Positions 1-12,109 of a stretch of DNA of 64,000 nt are shown here, in pieces. The position numbers and the translations under genes were made by a program. Source of the stretch: Octopus sinensis (lineage: Eukaryota); contig NC_043000.1 in NCBI RefSeq assembly GCF_006345805.1, positions 26,350,001 through 26,414,000 of the forward strand, read 5' to 3'. The notes below the pieces were generated by a model. That model was not told where the DNA came from. It was given only the letters and a program-made list of their open reading frames with translations, and made no database searches. Position 1 is the stretch's first letter. Every line of letters begins with the position of its first letter.

Positions 1-66
1 GACGAAAGGCGGTGCGACAGCATGGCCGCAGTCCAATGACTGAAACTAGTAAAAGAATAAAAGAGT
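1..66 (+). mobile_element. SINE family A, 3' tail fragment
   Basis: Matches the 3' end of the full copies (GGCGGTGC..CAGCATGGCCGCAGTC..ATGACTGAAAC..AGTAAAAGAATAAAAGAGT). Confidence 0.85.
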
Positions 67-71
67 AAATC

Positions 72-349
72 TGTTTTGCCGAACTGCTAACTTACAGGAC
101 ATAAACAAACCAACACCAGTCATCAAGCACAGACACAGTGACACACATACACACTGATACACACCCACACACACACACATACATGATGGGCTTCCTCACA
201 GATTCCGTCCGCCAAATTCATTCACCAGGCATTGGTCGGCTTGTGACAATAGTAGAATACACTTCCCCAGTGTACCGCGCAGTGAGACTGAATCCGAGAT
301 CTCGTAGTTGCGAAGCGAGCTTTTAACCACACAAACATGCCATGCGCCT
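72..349 (-). mobile_element. SINE family A, diverged copy
   Basis: Reverse-strand similarity to 27157-27580, including the internal CA repeat and the head ending GCGCC. Confidence 0.75.
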
Positions 350-1480
350 AAAATAATTTGTTCAATCGAAGTTCTTCCAATTGCTCCGCTGGAGAGTAAT
401 TTTCATTAACGCAAATGAAATTTCTTCGCATTATCGAATTGATTAAAAATTGCATTGGCTCACCACGTCAAATATAGTGGCCTGAACTTAATTATACATT
501 CGTGATGTACAAGGTAGTCTTGGGAAATTTTCCAACATCATTACATTAAATAGCCTAATGAATTAATTATTTTCACACGAAAGCTATATACATTCTAAAT
601 TGTTCTGTGTTCATTGAGCTTTGTGTTGACTTTGTGCCGTTGACGAAACATAACAAGGCTGAAATATACCAGCAGATGTAAAAATAGCCATCAAAGATCA
701 GACTCAGAAATTTTGAATAATTTAAGGTTTTGTTAATCGTTCTTGTAGGAGTTTTCTCCCTTGACGCATTTGAGAGTAATTTTCATTACGCTAATGAACT
801 TTTCATTAGAGTTAAAATATTAATTGATTAGTTTCGGTTTATCATGTAAAGTATGGTTGTAGACAAGTAACAAAATAATTTCTCAAATTACAAAATAACA
901 AAATAATTTCTCATCAATTATTAAATATAAATGCAAAGAAATGTATAAAAATATTTACTGGGGCCTCAATGGATATATCTGGTTGGTATTATCTATACAC
1001 ACACACATTAAATGCCACACACAAACCACACACACAAACCGTGTAATCCATTCCATAACAGTGAGTCTGGCAACATATATTTTGTTTCGCAACAACGCTT
1101 TCATACATAGATATTTCAAATGTATTGTATATATACAAAACGAAAGCCGTCTTCATAAGCTCAAAAGGAATCCACATGGGGCTTAAAAAGTATGAAGAAC
1201 AAACATCATTAATAATAATAATGAAATATATACACAGATATAATACAGATAGATTTAAAAAAAGCTGCGGAATTGAATCTATTATTGATAAATGTAGGCT
1301 CATAACAAAAGGTCAAACAGTTACTATACAATAAATATATATAAGTCCAAACAGTCAGAAAAGAAAATCAAGCAAAAATGAAAGTAAAAGTCCATTATAT
1401 GTAACAAAAGAAGTATTAGATTAAAATAGCCCTCTATAAATCATACTCAGTGTAAATACATTGGAATGGGATAAATTTTA

Positions 1481-1684
1481 TTGCGGTATTCATTTGGAGA
1501 TAGTATCTCCTATAGATGCGCTGCGTTTAAAAACAGAATATGCATATATCAGAAGGAAATAGAACCCTTCCTGGCAAAGGCAAATGGGAACATTAGAGGG
1601 TTCACTATCACCCTGATAAATGCATATTCCGTTTTTAAACACTGCGCGTCTATTGGAAATACAACCTCAGAATGAATTCCGCAG
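1481..1684. mobile_element. Fold-back MITE, about 204 bp, flanked by TA (Tc1/mariner-type)
   Basis: About 88-bp imperfect inverted arms (TGCGGTATTCATT...GAACCCT / AGGGTTC...AATGAATTCCGCA), short spacer of about 28 bp, TA on both sides. Confidence 0.7.
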
Positions 1685-1710
1685 TATATTTTGTCGACCA
1701 AAAAGTATTT

Positions 1711-1827
1711 ATACTGGTTTCAAATTTTGGCACAAGGCCTGCAAGTTCTGAGAAGGGGATAGGTCTGTTACATCGGCCCCAGTGCTCAACTGATACTTAT
1801 TTTATTGGCGACAAAAGGAGGAAAGGC
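1711..1827 (-). mobile_element. SINE family B-related 3' fragment (tail type Y)
   Basis: Reverse complement reads GCCTTTCCTCC..CCAATAAAATAAGTATCAG..GGGGCCGATG..GGCCTTGTGCCAAAATTTGAAACC. Confidence 0.6.
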
Positions 1828-2089
1828 ATATATATATATATACATACACATCATACACACACACACACACACGCACGGACAATATACATCGGTTACTGTA
1901 ACATGCTCACAGTCAGTATCAGTGTAAACAATTACTTATATTAACGATTCCACAGCAGTGCAATGCATTATGAGAATCTCTTAGAAGTTCTATGTGTCTG
2001 ATATAGAAGTACTGCAGTGAACCACTTTATCAAGTGTAGAATACATGAAGCTGAAACAAGCGCTTCAAAACAAGTATTGTACATGTACA

Positions 2090-2090
<1 letters not shown>

Positions 2091-2171
<81 letters not shown>

Positions 2172-2174
2172 ATA

Positions 2175-2210
<36 letters not shown>

Positions 2211-2220
2211 TCTATCTATC

Positions 2221-2293
<73 letters not shown>
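2091..2293. repeat. Compound (TATC)n/(TGTC)n microsatellite
   Basis: Direct inspection. Confidence 0.97.
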
Positions 2294-2297
<4 letters not shown>

Positions 2298-3137
2298 ATT
2301 GTCTATCTATACATGCAGTAGCTATAATTCAATTATTTTTATTGTTAATTATTAGTTATTGAACTAATAAATTACTATACGCGTACGTATGATACGTATA
2401 TACACGCACACTCATATATACATATATGTACGTAAATATATACATACAAATGTGTACACACACACACACACGCATATATATATACTTATAAATATATACA
2501 TTAATGCAAATTTGTGCTTGTGTGTATATATGTGCGAGTGTATATGTTATATGACATGTTTGTGTCTTAGTTTGATGTTCTTTTTTAGAGTTTTTTCGTA
2601 TTTTTCTATGATTTGTTTTTTGCTTCGAAAAGTAAATTTCAAAAAAATCTAACACCCACGTTTCTAAATGTTCCTACTTATAGATAAAAATAGAAAATAA
2701 AAAACAGAAAAAGCAAATGACAACAAAATACAAATAAAATAAAAAAAATATATGACAGTAATTTCAGAATAAATTGCTCGGACTACAAATATACATGACA
2801 ACTCAGAACACGGAGAACGTGCAAGCGTAACTTCTATGTTTAAACATATAAATCAGTAAGAAACATTTATTAAATAATACGTTCTCAGCTTTTGATAATA
2901 TACAGAGATCTGAATTACGATGTACTAGATACAGCAGAATCGGTAGGTTAAATTAATTCTGGTGTTGTATTTGTGTAGCGAGTGGCTTAATCTGCAACCT
3001 TGAGCTCAAACTGAAGCAACTGCATTTTGGAGGAGACATTTAATAATATATAAAACCTTAAATTCACTGGTATTTTATATTTATAGCGCATCAAAATTTT
3101 TGTGGTACAACTGTAGCCTGGTCACGTAGTTTCTCTG

Positions 3138-3338
3138 AATTACAATACGCGTACGTATGATACGTATATACACGCATATACACACGCACACTCATATATA
3201 CATATATGTACGTAAATATATACATACAAATGTGTACACACATGCAGTAGCTATAATTCAATTATTTTTATTGTTAATTATTAGTTATTGAACTAATAAA
3301 TTACAATACGCGTACGTATGATACGTATATACACGCAT
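3138..3338 (+). repeat. Circularly permuted local copy of 2312-2460
   Basis: 3138-3240 matches about 2370-2460; 3241-3338 matches 2312 to about 2407. Confidence 0.9.
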
Positions 3339-4306
3339 AGAATTGTGTCATTAACCAGGTAATAGTTGTGCGACGGAAAGTTTGATACTTTATAAAATAT
3401 ATTTAAATTTAAAGTGAATTTAACTGTTTTGTGTGTTTTTAAAAGGCTAAAATGTTTCATCCACCGTGCAATTGCTTCAGTTTCAACACACGGGCCCCGA
3501 TCAAGTTACAAGATAGAAATTTCGAAAGCTTCGACTAAGTTGCAAATCTCCGTATAAGGCTGTTATATGCTGTCTAAAAGAGATGACTTTACAACTTCAC
3601 CTTACAAAGGAAAAGAAAAAAAAACATCACCACGCACACAAAGATAAATTCTTCGACCTTTCGCCACATAAATGATATACATTCTGCCAAGACTAAATTA
3701 TACCCCTCGGCGTTGGCGCCAACATCCACATATGACCAAAATATAAATGAAGGAGAAAGAGGTGCCATCAAACTGTTTAACCAAGCTTTACAACAATATC
3801 ATAAATAAAAATAAGATAGACATAGATATAATATTATAAACACAAAAACCTCGGACGTAAATATCGTACAGATACCCATACAATAATATGCAAATACAAA
3901 ATCCTAACAAATTCAGGATGTTTTAAAAAATATTGACAAACGTAATGTCTTCGAAAAAAAACTCAGATATGTAAGACTACCCAGTTGAAAGTTAGACCGG
4001 ATAAAACTAATTATGGCCATAAAAATACAAACACGAGCAACCGTACATTCATGGTTATATCGGTACGATGCATTCAGGAATTTTACTGTTTAAACGACTG
4101 CAAGGAACTGGAAGGGGGTTAAGAGAAAAAAAAACCCAGACAAACAAGCAAACCAAAAAATAAAAACAGAGCCAAAAAAAGAACAAGTAAAACGGCAAAA
4201 ACTAATAAAAAATAATAAAAAACAAAACTAGAAAAAATGTGTGTGTGTATATATATATATAATATATATATATATGCACATATCTGTACATATATACACA
4301 CATATA

Positions 4307-4367
<61 letters not shown>

Positions 4368-4377
4368 ATATATATAT

Positions 4378-4442
<65 letters not shown>

Positions 4443-4453
4443 AATATATATAC

Positions 4454-4489
<36 letters not shown>

Positions 4490-4837
4490 CTATATTCAAA
4501 CAGAGACAGACATATTCTTACACTCACACACTTATATACATATATACAGATATTCACATACATGCACATATAGGAACGTACATATATGTATATTATACGA
4601 ATATCAGTCACATGGGAAACGCTCACTCCCCCTACTCCTCTACACCTCCTCCGCTCCATAACGCGACGTCGGCACGTTAGTTTTCGTGTTAAGCATACAC
4701 ATTAATATTTGCTAAATGAGATTTTTAGCTCATAACTTTCACGATTCATCTAATTTATCCAGCAAATTAGTTCTCTCATAATGAAATAAATATTTCCGTC
4801 GCATTTTTACTTTAAAATTGATTGCATATTTCTACAG

Positions 4838-4922
4838 AAGAAGACTGTTTATGAGTCACATAACCTATTGGATTCAAGAGCGCTGCTGAAGATTTAATCT
4901 TCCTGAAGTGAATCTAGCGGAA
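4838..4922 (+). other. Candidate non-coding exon
   Basis: Acceptor TGCATATTTCTACAG| and donor GAA|GTAAGC; stops in all three frames. Confidence 0.25.
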
Positions 4923-5003
4923 GTAAGCCTCACTGAGTTCATCGCTTTATAATATATATCTGTCGATTTAGTGCATCTACCATTTGGATATCGGCAATAT
5001 ATG

Positions 5004-5061
<58 letters not shown>

Positions 5062-5089
5062 ACACACACACATGCATATATGTGTATAC

Positions 5090-5120
<31 letters not shown>

Positions 5121-5312
5121 TGTTGATATTTGTTGATATATATATATATATAATATATATATACACATGTTGATATATATATATATATACGTTGATATAT
5201 GTATATTGATATATATATATATGTTGATATATATATTGATATATATATATATATATGCTGATATATGTATATATATATATATATATATCTTGATATATAT
5301 ATATATATACAT

Positions 5313-5347
<35 letters not shown>

Positions 5348-5419
5348 CTATTGAACCTTGGGAGGGGCATTATGCCGGTAATAATAATATATATATATAT
5401 TACACACACACACACACAC

Positions 5420-5467
<48 letters not shown>

Positions 5468-5598
5468 TTACACATGTTTGTGCGTGTGCATGTTTGTGCA
5501 AGTATATTATATACATACATAATTACATATGTAGAAATGTATACGTGTGTGTATGTGTATTTATGTATACATAGATATAATTATATAAAGAATATATT

Positions 5599-5985
5599 TC
5601 TTACTTTTTACTTGCTTCAGTCTTTGAATTGTGACCATGTTGGAGCACCGCCTTGAAGGGTTTCGAGGAAGAAATCGAACCTAATATTTATTTTAAAACT
5701 TATTACTTATGCTAGCGCTCTCTTATCGTTGAACCCCTAAGTTATGGGGATGTAAACAAACTAACACCGTTTGTCAAGTAGTGGACAAGCTCAAAGACAC
5801 ATACACACATACACATATATCTACGGCGAGCTTCTTTCAGTTTGTCATTAAAATCAGTTCATAAGGCTTTGGTCGGCCCAGGGCTATAATAGAAGGCACT
5901 TGTCGAAGGTGCCGTGTAGTGGGACTGAACCCAAGACCACATGATTGCGAAGCAAGTTGTGCCTAACTTCTCATCACACAAGTAC
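5599..5985 (-). mobile_element. SINE family A, diverged
   Basis: Similarity to family A over tail, body and head. Confidence 0.8.
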
Positions 5986-6167
5986 GGCAGAACCTTCACA
6001 GTCACAATATATATATATATATACACATTCATTATATGTATTCATTATATATATTTTCACTATATACATATACAAACATATATATATATATATATATATA
6101 TGTACACTTTCGGTGCAAATGTTTTTATACGGCACCGTATTTTACAATTCTGTAAATAATAATAATA

Positions 6168-6384
6168 ATGGTATTATATAAGTTTGAAGCTTATGACGAT
6201 CACCGTGCAATGACTAAGGAAAATAGTCTAATAACGGGGCATATGAAAAAGAAGGATTTCCTATCCACGTGGGAGGAGAGCCTTCTTTTGTTCTGTCGAG
6301 GGCTTATATGCCCCTTCATTAGACTATTTTTCTAAGTCATTGCATGATTGTCACCATGAGCTTTAAGCTTATATAAAAATACCA

Positions 6385-6385
<1 letters not shown>
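6168..6385. mobile_element. Fold-back MITE, about 218 bp
   Basis: About 80-bp inverted arms (ATGGTAT..GCAATGACT..AAAATAGTCTAAT..GGGGCATAT and its reverse complement ending ATACCAT). Confidence 0.75.
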
Positions 6386-6420
<35 letters not shown>

Positions 6421-6424
<4 letters not shown>

Positions 6425-6608
6425 TTTTTTTTTCTCTTCGTGTTTCTCTCCGTGTTTCTTCTCTGTGTATCTTTCTGTTGAAGAGCGTAGGCTCGAAACG
6501 GAAAAGACTTGTTTTATTTATATTCCTGAGCGCCATACTAATACAATTGTTTGTTTGTACTCCACCTGCCTTCGTCTTTTGTTTATTTTCATAAAGCTTC
6601 CCGTTATA
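6421..6608 (+). mobile_element. Short PLE-like terminal-repeat element H1, copy 1
   Basis: Homologous to 21001-21160; flanked by (TA)n; contains a hammerhead-like motif. Confidence 0.6.
6469..6508 (+). ncRNA. Putative minimal type I hammerhead ribozyme (CUGUUGA core variant; GUA site mutated to GGA)
   Basis: TCTTT-CTGTTGA-A-GAGC(GTAG)GCTC-GAAA-CGGA-AAAGA: stem I TCTTT/AAAGA, stem II GAGC/GCTC. Confidence 0.5.
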
Positions 6609-6873
6609 TATATATATATATGGTAAATGGAAAACGGAAGATGTAACATACGAGAATTTTTATTATTAATCACAATAATTGTTTCGACACATCTAACATC
6701 GATCCCTCACGGGTGGGATCACTTAACAACTGGTTCAGGAGCATCCGGGCGGTGCAGATGTATCTCATTGGGTGATAAATTGATACAACTCTTTAAAATA
6801 ACAGTTCCGCAACGTATCTCCTCATACACATTAATATTAATGTGAATATATATATGTATCTATATATTTAGAA

Positions 6874-7707
6874 AGCTATGTTTGTGCATTTTAGTGAAAA
6901 ACGTGCTTAGTACAATGAAGTGAAGTAATGTTAAAATGGTCTTGTGTATATTCAGTAACTATGCCGTTAGATTCATATCCTGGCTTTAGGCCAATATCTA
7001 TGTTGATATCGACAGGCAAATCAATCATATTTGCATAATTTAAACCGCGATAAACAGATAAATAAAGATTTTTGCGTTATATTTCTTCACAATAATCTGT
7101 TTTGCAGATTGTAAAAACGTGTTTACTGTTCAATCTCATCTGATCCATCACAAAAATCGAATAAAATCATTAAGATTCAGTTGTAGGTACATGTATGGAA
7201 GTGAGATTTGGTTTCCTTTAAAATATTCTGAACATTGGAATCGATAAACTCTGTCTTCAGTATGAAAACAGAGGAAAAATAGTCGCAACCAAATCTAGAT
7301 CTTGGCCTAACATCAAAAGAAAAGAAAAATTCTTAAGCGTAAGGATTTAAAGACAAAACTATTTTAAAACTGAATTTTAAACTTGGGGGTGATTTCAGGC
7401 AAATAATGTTCGGTGTTGCGGTAAGCCGAATGAAGGGCAGGGAACAGAGACACGAGTTCGATTCCCACTTTTTATTTGTTTTCGATTTATCTGTTTATCA
7501 CGGCTTAAATTATACAAATATGATTGATCTACCTGTCGATATCAACATGGATATTGGCCTTAAGCCAGGATATGAATCTAATGGCATAGTTACTGAATAT
7601 ACACAACACCATTATATATATAAACAAGGACAGATTTAGTTTTCACTAAATATTACTTCACTTCATTGTACTAAGCACTTTTTTCACTAAAATGCACAAA
7701 CATAGCT
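6874..7707. mobile_element. Large fold-back/MITE element, about 834 bp
   Basis: Inverted arms 6874-7063 and 7485-7707 (AGCTATGTTTGTGCATTTTAGTGAAAAA... / ...TTTTTCACTAAAATGCACAAACATAGCT). Confidence 0.85.
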
Positions 7708-7737
7708 GTATGAGTACTAATCACTTTATAGATATAT

Positions 7738-8042
7738 GTTGTTTGTTCCTTTTCGAGCCACGCCTGGCTCATAAGGGCCGGTTTCCCGGTTTCCTTGGCC
7801 TATAGGTTCCCCACCTGGACGGGACGCCGATCCGTCGCAGGTGAGCTGCAAGATGCAGGAGGAAAGAGTGAGAGAAAGTTGTGGCGAAACAGTCAGCAGA
7901 AGTTCGCCATTACCTTCTGCTGGAGCCGCGTGGAGCTTAGGTGTTTCGCTTATAAACACACACATCACCCGGCCTGAGATTCGAACCCGCAATCCCTCGA
8001 TCGCGAGTCCGCTGCTCTAACCACTAGGCCATGTGCCTCCAC
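7738..8042 (-). mobile_element. SINE family D (tRNA-Arg(TCG)-like head)
   Basis: A box TGGCCTAGTGG, B box GGTTCGAATC, TCG in the anticodon loop; TSD TTTATAGAT(A/G)TAT; homologous to 24997-25273. Confidence 0.9.
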
Positions 8043-8651
8043 TTTATAGATGTATAGACACATGTATAACTGCTATTCACTTTTGGTTTACTCACCAGAA
8101 AAACGAAATAAATTCAAAATAATTTGCTGTTTCCAATAACTATTTATATATGTATTAACAGTACCCATGGAAATTCCACGGTTATTTTGAAAATTGTAAG
8201 ATGGAATTATATATTTGTGTTTATTCTTGAAGTGGTGTAAAAGTCCATTCAGGCAGCATTGAAGGTACACTCTCAAGAAACAACATTTCTGAAAGCTATA
8301 TTCGTACGTCTTCTATTTTCCGAGTTATCTATTTATTTTTCTCTTTACATCAACAAGCAAACGAAGCGTGTATGTGTATTGACTCAGTAAGCAAACAGTG
8401 ATTCTCTCCCACTCGCTTTCTTTGCCACTCCTTTCAAGTAGACCAACAACCTTGTGCTACACGCACAGGGATGTTGGTCTATATTTTTCTTTCTCTTTCT
8501 ACCTATTCCTTCAACTAACTATTTAATTACATAATATTGTAGCAATTCCTTTTTGCTAGCTCTCATCGCTAATGTCTTGTCTCTTTTGCATTTCGCTCCC
8601 CCTCCCCGCCACGTAATAGTGTCACACATATAGTTTTAATGTATTAATATA

Positions 8652-9083
8652 CTAGCAGTATAGCCCGGCGTTGCACGGGTTTGTTTTTTAGTTGCGCTTA
8701 AAACGGCAGACTTTGATATCGCGTTAACAAAGTTTTGACATAGTTTCAATCTTTTTTGAAAAGTAAAAATTTTGCATCATGTAGCTTGTTATTCTCTTTA
8801 AGTGAACATTTTTCTGGTTGAAATACACCAAAAAATGCCGACACAGCAGTCAAAAAATCGTAAAAAATATGGATTTTCATAGAGAAAAAGCACCTTTTTG
8901 ATGTAAATAACTTTTGGTTCGATTTGAATTTTTTCGTCTACGGAAGGAAGAGCAAGGCTTCTTCTATCATACCCTCAATTTTGGTCAACTTGAACCGCAG
9001 GGGCTCGGAGGAGATAGTGTTAGTTGAAGGCTACCAAACCTGCCACACACACACGCAGACAACTTCAGCTTTATATACATAGA
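8652..9083 (-). mobile_element. Non-autonomous Helitron-like element, complete
   Basis: Reverse strand reads A|TC at the 5' end, internal TG/CA repeat, and a 3' CCCGTGCAACGCCGGG hairpin followed by CTAG|T. Confidence 0.85.
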
Positions 9084-9634
9084 TAAAGAGAGAGTCTCAT
9101 CATTATTGGTGCTCGTCACAAATGTCTTTCGTTACCATTCAGAGTGCATCTTGTAGCTTTATTCTTCAAGCGATATATTCGAGGTGGGGGCTGGTTAAGA
9201 CAGGAATTCACCGCCTTAGCTACAATATGTAAATGTGAAAATCACTCCGCCATTTATCTTAATCGTCCGAACACCCATACCCGCCTATATTGCACTCGCA
9301 CGAAATATATACCAATCTTGGTATAAAACTTAGAGGGAAATAAGATTTAATATTTACTCACAACAATCGGCATGACAGATAATCGATTACATTTCAATAA
9401 TCGGATAGATCATTTAAAAATTCGACATACCTGACCAATGGTTATCAAATACATGATTTTCAATATAAACAGAACAATTCTCTCGACTATTAACATCCTC
9501 TTTAGAATGTATAATGCTTATAGCTTCCATTAGCATCTTTAAAATGTATATTTGTAATATATATATATATCTTCCCTCGATTCCATCCCTGATCGTCTCC
9601 GGACGTCTTGTCTTTGCTTAGATTTACACAAGCT

Positions 9635-9867
9635 AAAGGCGGCGAGCTGGCAGAATCGTTAGCACGCCGGGCGAAATGCTTAGCGGCATTTCGTCTGCCA
9701 CTACGTTCTGAGTTCAAATTCCTCCGAGGTCGACTTTGTCTTTCATCCTTTCAGGGTCGATAAATTAAGTACCAGTTACGCACTGGGGTCGATGTAATAG
9801 ACTTAATCCGTTTGTTTGTTCTTGTTTGTCCCCTCTGTATGTAGCCCCTTGTGGGCAATAAAGAAAT
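9635..9867 (+). mobile_element. SINE family B monomer (tail X)
   Basis: tRNA-like head (TGGCAGAATCG; GAGTTCAAATTCC); 14-bp TSD GATTTACACAAGCT at 9621-9634 and 9868-9881. Confidence 0.92.
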
Positions 9868-10436
9868 GATTTACACAAGCTTAATTAGATTAATTTGTTG
9901 GCTTGTTTTTGTCACTTAGTCTAGGACGGAAGAACAGCACCAATATCTCTGTTCTTTTACAGGGCCTCCCAAATCGGGAAGTTATTCTAAAACTGAAATC
10001 TGACTTGAAAATTTGTAACAATATAAACTTCACGAAAGTCATCCTGTGACCAGACGATGGTGTTTATTGACCTTAAAAGAGCGACGAACTAAGCCTGCCA
10101 TAACAGATCTCGAATAGCAAAGAGCTGGAACCAACACTGCAATGCATCGTCCGACGATCTAACAGCCCCGCCAATCTACCGCCACAGATTTTGCTTTATT
10201 CTCTTAATGTCCAGGCAGACAAAGACTAAGTGAGAAATGAAACGCAACTGGCAGTTTTAGCATATGAAACACGTCGATTTACGCAGCTTGAATAAAACTG
10301 GCATTTCAGCAACAGAATGCATTCAATATTATTATCTACGGTCATTAGTACTATTATTAGCACCAGCTACACCACTAATAACAAACACTATTCACCAGCA
10401 CCATACCAACTGCTAGTGTTATTACTGCTGCTGCTG

Positions 10437-10489
<53 letters not shown>

Positions 10490-10678
10490 GGGAAATTGGG
10501 AAAGAATAGAGAACGTTCAATTTAGTGGCCTCCAAATATATTATCAGACATCCAGTGTATAGTTCCAGCTGTACACCACACACACACACACACAGATATA
10601 CATATACATCTTTGCGTGTATACATACACACACATATACATACAATACATGTTTATATATATGTATATATTTACATAC

Positions 10679-10734
<56 letters not shown>

Positions 10735-10929
10735 TATATATGTATGTATATTTATACGTGAATATATACATATGCATACATACATATATATGTGTGTGTG
10801 TGTGTGTGTACATGTATGTATATGTACGACCGGAAAATAGAAAGAGGAAGAAGAAAGAGAAGGACCGGTGAGAAAGTGATAGGTGGTGGGCATAATGCAC
10901 AATGAGGGTAGAAGTGAGAGTAATGAACA

Positions 10930-11460
10930 TTTCGTGAAAGAAAAAGAAAAAAAGGAAAGAGTGAAAGGAAGGGGGAACCGGAAAATGAAAAAGGAAAAAA
11001 ATGGCGTAAAAGTAATAAATAAGTGACAGTGATGGCGGTGGTGATGCTGACGATGTTGAAGATGATGATGATGAGGAGGAGGATGGAAGTAGAATGGTAC
11101 TGACGACTACGAAGACGATGGGAGTTGTTTGAGAGTATTATGGCAACAGCAATGATGATGATGATGATGATGGTGATGTGATGCTGGCGATGACGATGAA
11201 AATCCTCATGATTCTCCTCCTCCTCTTTCTCCTCCTCCTCCTCATCATCATCATCATCATCACTGCCATCAACCATCTACCACCATACAACCACTGCCTT
11301 CAGATCACCAGTAAGACCACTACCACCAGCACAACCTACACCAACACCACCACCATCATCACCATAACGTAATATGGCGTCGGTGAAACCGTTATCACCT
11401 GACAGCTTTACTCTCCATCCATCCATCCATCCATCCACCCACACGCACATACACACTCTC
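10930..11460. repeat. Low-complexity tract of mixed GAT/GAG/CTC/CAT/CAC trinucleotide and CCAT repeats
   Basis: Direct inspection. Confidence 0.9.
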
Positions 11461-11909
11461 TCTCTCTCCTTTTCTCCCTCACCTCTGATGTTATTCAGCT
11501 TGTTCCTTCCTCTCCTCTTCACCTTGCCCATATCCCGCTGTTTTCCCTTCTTGTTCACATATCACTAATGCAACGCTATTTCTATTCTTCAAACCGGTTC
11601 CATTACCAAATATCCAATTCTAGTTCCCTTTTCAAACACCTTTTTTCTTTCTCTCCTCTTCTTCTGAGTCTTTTATAGAAACCATACGATTCTCTCGTGT
11701 ATGTGTTTGTGTGTGTACACGTGTATTGAATGGCTACATGTATGTATGTATGTATGTATGTATGTATGTATGTATGTATGTATGTATGTATGTATGTATG
11801 TATGTATGTATGTATATGTATATATATATACGTATATGTGTGTATGTATATCTATATCTATATCTCTCTCTATATATATACATACATATATATATATCAG
11901 CATGTGTGC

Positions 11910-11963
<54 letters not shown>

Positions 11964-12003
11964 TATATATATAATTATATGTATATGTGTATGTATATGT
12001 GCG

Positions 12004-12039
<36 letters not shown>

Positions 12040-12065
12040 TATGTATATGTGTATGTATATGTGCG

Positions 12066-12109
<44 letters not shown>

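Noticed and set aside
500-725. Old mariner-like fragment flanked by a duplicated GAGAGTAATTTTCATTA
   Set aside because: Too decayed; there is only a weak TIR resemblance
4250-4490. Single-base phase slips inside (TA)n tracts, seen throughout the window
   Set aside because: They may be consensus indel errors; by the same logic, homopolymer frameshifts in the transposon fragments may not be biological
6680-6725. Minus-strand GTCGAAACAATT PLE-like end
   Set aside because: No CUGAnGA core and only one copy in the window
10752-11276. 174-aa acidic, poly-D/E/I ORF
   Set aside because: It is built entirely from trinucleotide repeats and purine-rich low-complexity sequence
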